DNA of 64,000 bases, from the NCBI GenBank assembly GCA_964634365.1, contig CAZWJU010000004.1, forward strand, positions 3,927 through 67,926, in the 5' to 3' direction. Positions within the stretch are counted from its first letter, which is position 1, and each line of letters begins with the position of its first letter. This document shows, in pieces, positions 9,301-17,092 of the stretch. The notes beneath the pieces are model-generated. The model saw only the letters and a list, made by a program, of their open reading frames with translations. It ran no database searches and was not told the origin of the DNA. This DNA comes from an uncultured Candidatus Saccharibacteria bacterium. GTDB taxonomy: Bacteria > Patescibacteriota > Minisyncoccia > Phycocordibacterales > UBA9973. Made by a program: the position numbers and the translations under genes.

Positions 9301-10448
9301 TATATCGTCGGTTGTTCAACCGGGATATCTGCATTTTTTTCGGAGAGGATTTCATATTCTCCAATTTCGAGGTCAGGCTTCCATCCAAAATTTTCCGGAT
9401 TGAAACCATCTCCGCAAATTGTTTCCATAAGTGCTGTAAGCACTTTGTACGGATCGAGATTCGCAGCAGGTCTGCGATCTTCCAAGTAGCCTTTGTTGTT
9501 CTTTGCTGTGGCCATAGGAATCCGAATCGATGCTCCTCGGTTGCTAACTCCAAACCGGAATTGTTTGAACGAGCATGTTTCGTGCTTGCCAGTCAGGCGT
9601 TTATCATTGTCGCGACCGTACACTGCCATATGCTCCTTGTGAAATTTTCCAAGCTTTCTACATGCATCGTATATGATGCTGATACCACCTTCTTCACGCA
9701 TGGATTTAATGGAAAAGTTCACATGTCCTCCAGCTCCATTCCAGTCGCCACTCATAGGCTTAGGGTCGAGCTTGGCGTAGGCTTCAAAATCTTCACCAAG
9801 CCGGTATAAAAGCCAACGTGCAATCCATAACTGATCTGCACATTCCAGTGCATCTCTGACTGCAATTTGGAATTCATGTTGACTTGGCATCACTTCACCA
9901 TTTTCACCAGTGATAGAAATTCCAGCATCCACACAGGCTTTCATATGGGCCTCCACAAGTGGACGGCCATGTACCTCATCGAACCCAACTCCACAATAGT
10001 ATTTTCCTTGTGGATCAGGATTGCCTTTTTTAGGCCACCCAAATGGTCTGCCATTTGCACCGTAGAGCGTGTATTCTTGCTCTATACCGGCCCAGGCTTC
10101 TGCTTCCGGATATTTTGTAAGAGTTTGTACGAGATGATGTCGTGCATTTGTAATATGCGGATTACCATCTGGTGTCATGACTTCGCAAAGTACAAGTATG
10201 TTTTTTCCACCTCGGATCGGATCATGTAATGCATAAATTGGTTTCAATGCCAGATCACTGAAGTGACCTTCGGCTTGGAAGGTGCTTGATCCATCAAACC
10301 CCCATTCGGGGATTTTTGTTACCTCGAGCTTCATTTCTCCATCGAAACCCGGGTAATCAATACGTTGAGCTTTTGACCGGAGCTTGCCCGTTTCCTGACC
10401 GTCTATCCATATATATTCGGCCCAGACGGGATTTGTAAGTTTTTGCAT
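9300..10448 (-). CDS. glnII: Glutamine synthetase, type II (GlnII-like)
   Basis: EYIWIDG..LRSK, WGFDGSST, GIEQEY, GDWNGAGGH, RLTGKHET, NRGASIRIP, GYLEDRRPAAN; 382 aa. Confidence 0.92.
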   Translation of the reverse strand: MQKLTNPVWAEYIWIDGQETGKLRSKAQRIDYPGFDGEMKLEVTKIPEWGFDGSSTFQAEGHFSDLALKPIYALHDPIRGGKNILVLCEVMTPDGNPHITNARHHLVQTLTKYPEAEAWAGIEQEYTLYGANGRPFGWPKKGNPDPQGKYYCGVGFDEVHGRPLVEAHMKACVDAGISITGENGEVMPSQHEFQIAVRDALECADQLWIARWLLYRLGEDFEAYAKLDPKPMSGDWNGAGGHVNFSIKSMREEGGISIIYDACRKLGKFHKEHMAVYGRDNDKRLTGKHETCSFKQFRFGVSNRGASIRIPMATAKNNKGYLEDRRPAANLDPYKVLTALMETICGDGFNPENFGWKPDLEIGEYEILSEKNADIPVEQPTI

Positions 10449-10469
10449 AAATAACGTTTATTTGCTTTC

Positions 10470-10498
10470 ATACTATTTTAAAACAATACTCATGTCAA
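10470..10498 (-). promoter_or_regulatory. Sigma70 promoter TTGACA-17-TAGTAT for glutamine synthetase
   Basis: Minus strand TTGACA tgagtattgttttaaaa TAGTAT. Confidence 0.65.
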
Positions 10499-10533
10499 AC
10501 AGCTAAATTTGACACAAATGTTACAATAAAAGT

Positions 10534-10920
10534 ATGAATAAAGATGAACTAAAAAATAAATTGAGCGAGGAGGAATATCATGTTACTCAAGAGAAGGGTA
10601 CTGAGGCGCCTTTTTCTGGTAAATATGTAAATCATAATGAAGAGGGTTCATATACGTGTAAAGTGTGTGGGCAGGTTTTATTTTCTTCTGATACAAAGAT
10701 GGATTCAAGTTCTGGTCCAATAGGTCTTCAGGGATGGCCTTCGTTTGATAGTGCTTTGCCGGGCTCTGTAGATTTCAAGGAAGACAACTCTCTAGGGATG
10801 CATCGCACAGAAGTAGTGTGTTCAAAGTGTGGCTCACATTTGGGGCATCTATTTGACGACAGTCACGCAAAAACAGGCAAGCATTTTTGCGTAAATTCTT
10901 GCTCAATAGATTTCAAATAA
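10534..10920 (+). CDS. msrB: Peptide-methionine (R)-S-oxide reductase
   Basis: GTEAPFSG, two CxxC pairs, GWPSF, RTEV, HLGHLF, CVNS. Confidence 0.96.
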   Translation: MNKDELKNKLSEEEYHVTQEKGTEAPFSGKYVNHNEEGSYTCKVCGQVLFSSDTKMDSSSGPIGLQGWPSFDSALPGSVDFKEDNSLGMHRTEVVCSKCGSHLGHLFDDSHAKTGKHFCVNSCSIDFK

Positions 10921-10999
10921 TATTTACTATATATGTACGATTAATAAAATTATTTGGTGTGATATAATAAAAACATTATAAGTTTAGTTTATTTAAATT

Positions 11000-11536
11000 A
11001 TGAAGATAATGAAAAAAATGCACTGTCCTGACACTGGTTTGATGTTGCTTCGCTTAGGTGTTGCGGCAATTTTTATTTCACACGGTATATCAAAGTTCCA
11101 AAATATGGAATCTACAATTGGTTTTTTTGGAATGTTAGGACTAAGTTCAGTTTTTGCATACATCGTTGCAGCTGTTGAATTGGTTGGTGGTATTGCTGTT
11201 TTACTAGGTGTTTTCGCTAGATACGCAGGAATCGCTCTATCTATAGTTATGATTTTTGCAATAATACTTGTGAAGTCCGATATGGGATTCAATGCAGCAG
11301 AAATAGACATAATGCTCCTAGTATCTTCACTCGCTATAGCTTTTGGTGGACCAGGTAAATACTCTCTTATGCGTCATGTTTGTGGATGTGGATGCAAATC
11401 TTGTCACTCAGGAGGATGCGATTGTTCAAAAGATGGTGTTTGCAATTGTGGATGCGGGACATGTGGTACTTCAAAATGTGATGGATGTGAAGATTGTAAA
11501 AAGGGTGGTGTCTGCACAGGTCACGAAATGAAATAA
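11000..11536 (+). CDS. DoxX family membrane protein with Cys-rich C-terminal tail
   Basis: LLLRLGVAAIFISHGISK, ELVGG, GPGKYSL followed by a Cys/Gly-rich tail. Confidence 0.85.
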   Translation: MKIMKKMHCPDTGLMLLRLGVAAIFISHGISKFQNMESTIGFFGMLGLSSVFAYIVAAVELVGGIAVLLGVFARYAGIALSIVMIFAIILVKSDMGFNAAEIDIMLLVSSLAIAFGGPGKYSLMRHVCGCGCKSCHSGGCDCSKDGVCNCGCGTCGTSKCDGCEDCKKGGVCTGHEMK

Positions 11537-11547
11537 ATAGTTAAAAG

Positions 11548-11579
11548 AAAAATCCGCAATATGTTTGCGGATTTTTTTT
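11548..11579. terminator. Bidirectional terminator
   Basis: AAAAATCCGCAA-TATGT-TTGCGGATTTTT. Confidence 0.75.
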
Positions 11580-12003
11580 ATTTTTTCTTATTGAGTATAT
11601 TCCTTATTTTTGTGGCTTCCTCATAATCTTCAGCGCGCTCGGCTTCAAGCAGAGCATTCCTGAGCTCTCTGTCAGAGAACTTACTGTATTCCAAAATATC
11701 ACCGAAGCCTATAATCGGCAAATATGCTGATTTTTCGCTCGGATCATACTCGATATCTTCGGATATTCCCCATTGATAGTCAATCTCAAAAATAAAGGCA
11801 ATGAACCCATCTTTCGTCCTTTTAATTTTAAGTTGGGCGTTGTCGGTGTTTTTTTTCGGGAATATAGCATAGTCTTTTAAAAGATAGCACTCCTCGTCAG
11901 AATCCACTCTCATTGCATATACTGAGACATATGCTGTTTCTCCAATCTCCAAATCTTTTATTTGGTAAAGTCTTTTTCTGTCTGGTAACTTTGCCATAAT
12001 CAA
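11578..12003 (-). CDS. Hypothetical protein with C-terminal UvrB/UvrC (UVR)-like motif
   Basis: C-terminus LRNALLEAERAEDYEEATKIRNIL; own promoter TTGACT-16-TATAAT at 12042-12069. Confidence 0.7.
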   Translation of the reverse strand: MIMAKLPDRKRLYQIKDLEIGETAYVSVYAMRVDSDEECYLLKDYAIFPKKNTDNAQLKIKRTKDGFIAFIFEIDYQWGISEDIEYDPSEKSAYLPIIGFGDILEYSKFSDRELRNALLEAERAEDYEEATKIRNILNKKK

Positions 12004-12111
12004 AAGTTTATTATTTTTTTGAAAATTTACTTCCTGGGCGCATTATAGCTTGCTATATCTATTAGTCAAACCATATTGAACTGTTTTGATTTAAGAGTTA
12101 AAATTTATTAT

Positions 12112-12240
12112 ATGAAAAAAATGCAACTTTTTGCCTCTATCGTAATCGTCCTGGTTATTGTTTTCCTAGCCTTTTGGGGTAGATTTAACCAAATGCAATA
12201 CAGTGGAACAGGCTTTATGCCGACAGATCAGCAGCGCTAA
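12112..12240 (+). CDS. Single-TM microprotein (42 aa), not in the ORF track
   Basis: MKKMQLFASIVIVLVIVFLAFWGRFNQMQYSGTGFMPTDQQR; followed directly by a terminator. Confidence 0.6.
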   Translation: MKKMQLFASIVIVLVIVFLAFWGRFNQMQYSGTGFMPTDQQR

Positions 12241-12246
12241 AATATT

Positions 12247-12276
12247 AAACCGCATCTGTGCTAGATGCGGTTTTTA
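12247..12276. terminator. Bidirectional terminator
   Basis: AAACCGCATCT-GTGCT-AGATGCGGTTT. Confidence 0.75.
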
Positions 12277-12279
12277 TTT

Positions 12280-12873
12280 TTATCTTAACGGAAGCGGGTC
12301 ATAGGCTTCCATTCCTTTTATTTTTGGTGGCAAGGGTGGGTTCAATATTTCGTCCACCACTTTCAGCTTGTCGTAAAATCTTTTTATTGATTCACGCATA
12401 AACTTCCAGGATTCTTCGACTCCCATTTTTCTTGTACGGTCAGATATTTCATCAATCTTGTCTACGGGTTCGATTTGTTGGATATGGTCCACATCTTCCG
12501 GAGAGTTTCTCTGGAAGAAAGAGGTGATAATAAAAGTCCCTTTGTCTATATTTTGACCTCCAATAAATATTGGCTGGCCAATAAACACAATCCGGTTGTT
12601 GTTCTTGAGGTCGCTGTAAGCAGTCTCTATATTGAGTACAGCTTTATGTAGCCTTCTCTGCGTGTAAACCTCAAGCTGCTTGAAGCTCTGGAACTCCCAA
12701 GAGCATTTTTCCAGGATTTGCAGAGTTTCTACGTATTTTATAATTGCTTGCTTAGTGTCTTTTTCTGTCAGACATTTTTCAAGCGATTCTAAAACTGATT
12801 TCATGCGCCCGTTTTTGAAGCTTTTTCTCAGGTTGTGTTTAAGAAAAATTCGTATGATTTTTTTGAAGATCAT
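12280..12873 (-). CDS. Hypothetical protein (197 aa)
   Basis: ORF with upstream TTGACA-17-TATTTT (12889-12917). Confidence 0.65.
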   Translation of the reverse strand: MIFKKIIRIFLKHNLRKSFKNGRMKSVLESLEKCLTEKDTKQAIIKYVETLQILEKCSWEFQSFKQLEVYTQRRLHKAVLNIETAYSDLKNNNRIVFIGQPIFIGGQNIDKGTFIITSFFQRNSPEDVDHIQQIEPVDKIDEISDRTRKMGVEESWKFMRESIKRFYDKLKVVDEILNPPLPPKIKGMEAYDPLPLR

Positions 12874-12929
12874 GGTATGTTTTTTTAAAAAATACCACAG
12901 TGTAAAGCTTGTGTCAATTTGGATTTTTT

Positions 12930-12970
12930 AATACTAAAAAGCGACTCCGAGGAGTCGCTTTTTAGTATTT
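12930..12970. terminator. Long perfect hairpin terminator
   Basis: AATACTAAAAAGCGACTCC-GA-GGAGTCGCTTTTTAGTATT. Confidence 0.8.
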
Positions 12971-12986
12971 TTTCCTGAAGAGAGTG

Positions 12987-13103
12987 CTATGCAGCAGCTT
13001 CTTCTGAAGAAACTTCTTCGTCAGCCATTTCTTCTGTAGTAGCTTCCATAGCTCCTTCTACAGTTTCCATTTCTTCATCCTTTATTACATCTTCGTCTGC
13101 CAT
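12987..13103 (-). CDS. Highly acidic microprotein (38 aa), not in the ORF track
   Basis: MADEDVIKDEEMETVEGAMEATTEEMADEEVSSEEAAA; upstream TTGCTA-17-TACAAT and downstream terminator. Confidence 0.65.
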   Translation of the reverse strand: MADEDVIKDEEMETVEGAMEATTEEMADEEVSSEEAAA

Positions 13104-13196
13104 ATATTTATGTGGGAGTTATCCACGCATATTGATAAGACCTAAATTGTAATATATTTTTTTAAAATTAGCAAGCCAGGTAGTATACTTAGGTGT

Positions 13197-13766
13197 ATGA
13201 AAGAAATTAGGCGTTGCACTTGGGTGAGCAGGGAAGATGCTTTGATGCAAGAGTATCATGATTTTGTCTGGGGTGTTCCCAAGAAAAAAGACAGAGAAAT
13301 ATTTGAAGCTTTAGTCCTAGATTCAAACCAAGCAGGTTTGTCGTGGTCATGTATTTTGCATAAAAGAGATAATTTTGCGCGAGCATTTTACAATTTTGAT
13401 CCTGTTAAGATTTCAAAAATGAACAAGAGAGATATAGATAGGCTTATGAAAAATCCTGGAATTATTCGTCACAGAGGGAAGATAGAAGCGACGATCAGTA
13501 ACGCAAAAGCTTTTTTAGATTTACAAAAAGATTTCGGTACTGCTTCAAAATATTTTTGGAATTTTACAAATAACGCAGTGATTTACAATAAATTTAAAAA
13601 ACATACATCTATCCCGTCTACAACAAAAATATCAGACCTGTTGTCAAAAGATTTGAAAAAGAGAGGATTTAAATTTGTTGGCCCCACAATCTGTTATGCA
13701 TTTATGCAAGGTATCGGCATGGTGAACGATCATACAAAAGATTGTTTTAAATACAAAGAATCATAA
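13197..13766 (+). CDS. tag: DNA-3-methyladenine glycosylase I
   Basis: RCTW, YHD..WG, QAGLSW, GIIRH, FKFVGPTICYAFMQ, NDH...C. Confidence 0.95.
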   Translation: MKEIRRCTWVSREDALMQEYHDFVWGVPKKKDREIFEALVLDSNQAGLSWSCILHKRDNFARAFYNFDPVKISKMNKRDIDRLMKNPGIIRHRGKIEATISNAKAFLDLQKDFGTASKYFWNFTNNAVIYNKFKKHTSIPSTTKISDLLSKDLKKRGFKFVGPTICYAFMQGIGMVNDHTKDCFKYKES

Positions 13767-13842
13767 TTTTGACATTTTTTCATATTCTGTGCTGAATTTT
13801 TTGGCCACTTTTCATAATTTGACCAAGTGCTATACTGTTTTT

Positions 13843-15024
13843 ATGAAGAAAATCGAAAAAATAGCCATTTTTATAAGTATTTTTAGTGTATTTGTGGGAT
13901 TTTCTACCACTAAAACTTTAGTTTTTGCTGAAAATTACCTACCAGATACTGAGACAATAGTAGACACTGTTGCATTGCAGGCGCCTAGTACCACCTACTT
14001 GCCACAGACTTTTGGGTATCTGACTTTTATAACTGACAAATTGGTAACCTCAGTAAATGATGAGAATCCAGGAGAAGCTGATTTTTGTAGTTTTGTAGAT
14101 AGTTATTTTATCAATCAAGACGAAACAGATAAGCAAAGTTTTGCTTGGCAGAAAGATAGTTACTCTTTGCCGGAGGATATTTCAGGTGATGTAAATGAAG
14201 TACAAGCTTCTTTGTACAAAGAAACTTCATCACTAAGACTAGGTATGATAGATGATATAGAGAAGATTTCTGCGAAAGATGAAACATCTTCTCTTGCTTT
14301 GAATAGACTCAAGGCAATCTATAGATCTGTTTCTATAGAAGTAGTCGATGAGTACAGAAAAGATTCACTTCCAGATCAAGAGCGTGTTGAAACATTGTTA
14401 GATTTTCAAGGCAAGCTCAACAAGTGTTTTGAGACTTACAGTATGCCCGATGATTCAAACAAAGAAGTGATTGAAAATACAAATAAAATTCATAGTGAAA
14501 TAGTTTCACTATGGTTTGCAAACAAGCCGTATCTATCTGGTCTAGTATCTAGTGTAGATGCAGAAAAGCTTACTATCAAAAGAAGCGATCTAAAAGATGG
14601 CGATGTTATGATTTCAAGCACAGGTGTTTCATCTTTGATTGATTTGGAAGTTTTTTCAAAAACTATGATGCACAAAGATGATCGTATAAAAGAAGTTTCT
14701 ATTGGAGATTCAAAAGTTTCATTTGTTTATGCGGTGGATGCAAAATTCTTAGGTTTTGGAAAAACATTTTTGCGTGAAAAAGTAACTGTAGACGTGCTAG
14801 GTAATATAAAGACTAGGATGCCTTGGTACGGATTTTTGTTCTCAAAAAGTTCTATGTATAAAAATAGTGAAGAGATAGAAAAATACCTACAAGACAACAA
14901 CTTGCTCTCAGAAGATTCTCAGCAAGCAGATTTTATAGCAGAAGATTATGGAGTTCAGGCAGTACTGCTTGAAAACATTGTCTCTTCTTTGTCATCAGAG
15001 AATTTGGAAAATACTGAAGAGTAA
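13843..15024 (+). CDS. Secreted hypothetical protein
   Basis: Signal peptide from ATG 13843; C-terminal KFLGF...PWYGFL pattern. Confidence 0.65.
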   Translation: MKKIEKIAIFISIFSVFVGFSTTKTLVFAENYLPDTETIVDTVALQAPSTTYLPQTFGYLTFITDKLVTSVNDENPGEADFCSFVDSYFINQDETDKQSFAWQKDSYSLPEDISGDVNEVQASLYKETSSLRLGMIDDIEKISAKDETSSLALNRLKAIYRSVSIEVVDEYRKDSLPDQERVETLLDFQGKLNKCFETYSMPDDSNKEVIENTNKIHSEIVSLWFANKPYLSGLVSSVDAEKLTIKRSDLKDGDVMISSTGVSSLIDLEVFSKTMMHKDDRIKEVSIGDSKVSFVYAVDAKFLGFGKTFLREKVTVDVLGNIKTRMPWYGFLFSKSSMYKNSEEIEKYLQDNNLLSEDSQQADFIAEDYGVQAVLLENIVSSLSSENLENTEE

Positions 15025-15038
15025 TTCATAATATTATT

Positions 15039-15710
15039 ATGAATACACTTTTCTCAAACAAAGAAGCGTTAAAGTTTGGCTGGCTTAAAACCAAGAGCAA
15101 TTTATCATTTTTTGCCTTACTGTCTTTTACTATTTTCTGCGTTTCTCTTTTATTTAGTGAAGCAGGGGCAAATTCTACCAACTTTCTAGCGATATCTATA
15201 TTTAATATTGCACAGATAGTCTTCGGAGTGCTTTTGGGTATGGGGTATATATATGTCACTTTACTTGTTGTTAGAGGAGAAAGTTTCGATATAAAAGATA
15301 TTATCAAGCCCGCTCCTCAGTTCTGGAAATATTTCGGTGCGAGCTTATTGTATATGCTGATTGTAATGGTCGGCCTAGTTCTCCTGATTGTGCCAGGTGT
15401 GATTTTGATGATTAGACTTGGATTTTATAAGTACCTTATAGTAGATAAAAAAGATATTTCGATTACTCAAGCTTTGAGAGAGTCTATGATACTAACCAAA
15501 GGTATAACATGGAAGCTCTTTCTGTTCACTATTGTTTTAGGTTTGATCAATTTACTGGGGTTTCTGTGTTTTGTAGCAGGACTTCTCGTTACTATACCTC
15601 TTTCTGCCATAGCTTTTGCTTATGTTTACAACAAGCTTATACGTAGGCTTGAGCCAGTTGTTGAAGAGAAAAGTACTCCTTCTATAGCCCAATCAGAAGT
15701 TCAAAACTAA
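15039..15710 (+). CDS. Integral membrane protein (DUF975-like)
   Basis: GLVLLIVPGV..., ALRESMILTKG..WKLF motifs. Confidence 0.75.
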   Translation: MNTLFSNKEALKFGWLKTKSNLSFFALLSFTIFCVSLLFSEAGANSTNFLAISIFNIAQIVFGVLLGMGYIYVTLLVVRGESFDIKDIIKPAPQFWKYFGASLLYMLIVMVGLVLLIVPGVILMIRLGFYKYLIVDKKDISITQALRESMILTKGITWKLFLFTIVLGLINLLGFLCFVAGLLVTIPLSAIAFAYVYNKLIRRLEPVVEEKSTPSIAQSEVQN

Positions 15711-15780
15711 TATTGTCTTTTATTTTAAGACATGCTATTGTCATGTCTGGTTTTGTTATTGTATTTAAAATTATAAGAAT

Positions 15781-16578
15781 ATGAGCGAAAAAGAAACACA
15801 ACATGCAGGTGAGGCTACAATGCCTTTTTCACCAGAACATATCATTGATTTTATAAACAAAAATCGATATGAAATCACCAATAGACCAGCCTATGCTATG
15901 ACCAAGGGTTGTATAGATGATAGAGAACACCGACAGAAGGGTTTTTTGCCCGATGTTGCTATACCGGGCGCAGGGCTTGGTGTTGTGATCACGGCTCTTG
16001 GAGCTTTAGATATGTTTAGAAATACTCATGGAGTAAATGAAGATTATAGTATTTCTGAATTTATGAATAATCTCGAGAGAGCTATTGGAAGAGTCACTTA
16101 TCATAGTGACGACGGGGATTATGGAGACGATTGTATCCTTTGCGTAGGGTGTGGTCATGCAGAAGGCGCACTCACAAAGTGTGATGTGTATGGTATTCAT
16201 AAGAATGATGCTAAATTTATTTTAGAAAATTATTTGCATGAATTGAACGCAAGAGGAGTTAGTCCAGATGTGTATTTTGGTTCACATAACGCTACGGCTG
16301 TTGTTGTGATCGAGGATACAACTACTGGTATACCGGCGCAAGACGGGAGCGGTCTTCAGGTATACAGATACCATTCTGCTTGGCACAAAAGAATCCTCGA
16401 TGATGTTTGCGAGCATACTTATGGTTTTATGAAAAAGCTTTTCCCTAAACTCAGTTCTGAGGAATACAGAAAATGTCTCGCCGATGTTGCTGAAAAGCAA
16501 TTGAAAGTTACAGTAGAGCATCTGGCCAAAGGAAAACCTGTGGTTGTAGTGCAAGACGAGAAAATTTATTTTGCATAA
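15781..16578 (+). CDS. Cadmium/zeta-type carbonic anhydrase-like protein
   Basis: CIDDR, PGAGLG, H, GCGH give a Cys-His-Cys metal-site pattern. Confidence 0.6.
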   Translation: MSEKETQHAGEATMPFSPEHIIDFINKNRYEITNRPAYAMTKGCIDDREHRQKGFLPDVAIPGAGLGVVITALGALDMFRNTHGVNEDYSISEFMNNLERAIGRVTYHSDDGDYGDDCILCVGCGHAEGALTKCDVYGIHKNDAKFILENYLHELNARGVSPDVYFGSHNATAVVVIEDTTTGIPAQDGSGLQVYRYHSAWHKRILDDVCEHTYGFMKKLFPKLSSEEYRKCLADVAEKQLKVTVEHLAKGKPVVVVQDEKIYFA

Positions 16579-16582
16579 ATAG

Positions 16583-16610
16583 TAAACCCCTTCATAATGA
16601 AGGGGTTTTA
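16583..16610. terminator. Bidirectional terminator
   Basis: TAAACCCCTTCAT-A-ATGAAGGGGTTTTA. Confidence 0.75.
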
Positions 16611-16629
16611 TTATATGTTTTTGTTTTTA

Positions 16630-17007
16630 TTATTGTTGTTGCTCCACCTCCTCTTGTTTTTTAGGAGAGGGGATATCTTTCTGCGACATCTGGCGCATCT
16701 CTTCAAGATCCATCGCGTCAAGCGTCCCGATAAAATCTCGGACGATATTTTCGTCCTTGATGTTACATTTTTTAATTTCGGCAAATGCTGCTCGGGCGTT
16801 CGTCGGAGTTTTTGCTCCAAGCCACTTTTTGATGGCATCTCGGGCATTCGTGTATTTTCTTGCTCTGTCCCGAATTTCTTTTTCAAGAGGTTTCGAGATT
16901 CCTAAAGCAAGGGCTGTTGTGCCCTTGTTTAACACTGCCACCACTTCGGCGGCGTTCTTTGCGCTCTGGCATGCCTTGTAGGCTGCCAATTCATGTTTTC
17001 CTTGCAT
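16630..17007 (-). CDS. Hypothetical protein (125 aa)
   Basis: ORF with promoter TTGACC-16-TATACT (17028-17055). Confidence 0.65.
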   Translation of the reverse strand: MQGKHELAAYKACQSAKNAAEVVAVLNKGTTALALGISKPLEKEIRDRARKYTNARDAIKKWLGAKTPTNARAAFAEIKKCNIKDENIVRDFIGTLDAMDLEEMRQMSQKDIPSPKKQEEVEQQQ

Positions 17008-17092
17008 AAAATTTACAAATTTATATCAGTATACTGATTTTTAAGAAATGGTCAATAGTATTGATAGGTGATTTTTTACGTATAATAAAAAG

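Noticed and set aside
9294-10229. Plus-strand ORFs of 171 and 120 aa
   Set aside because: Antisense shadows of glutamine synthetase with no motifs
13118-13128. DnaA-box-like sequences here and at about 51265 as a replication origin
   Set aside because: Single mismatched boxes, no cluster, and no dnaA or dnaN nearby
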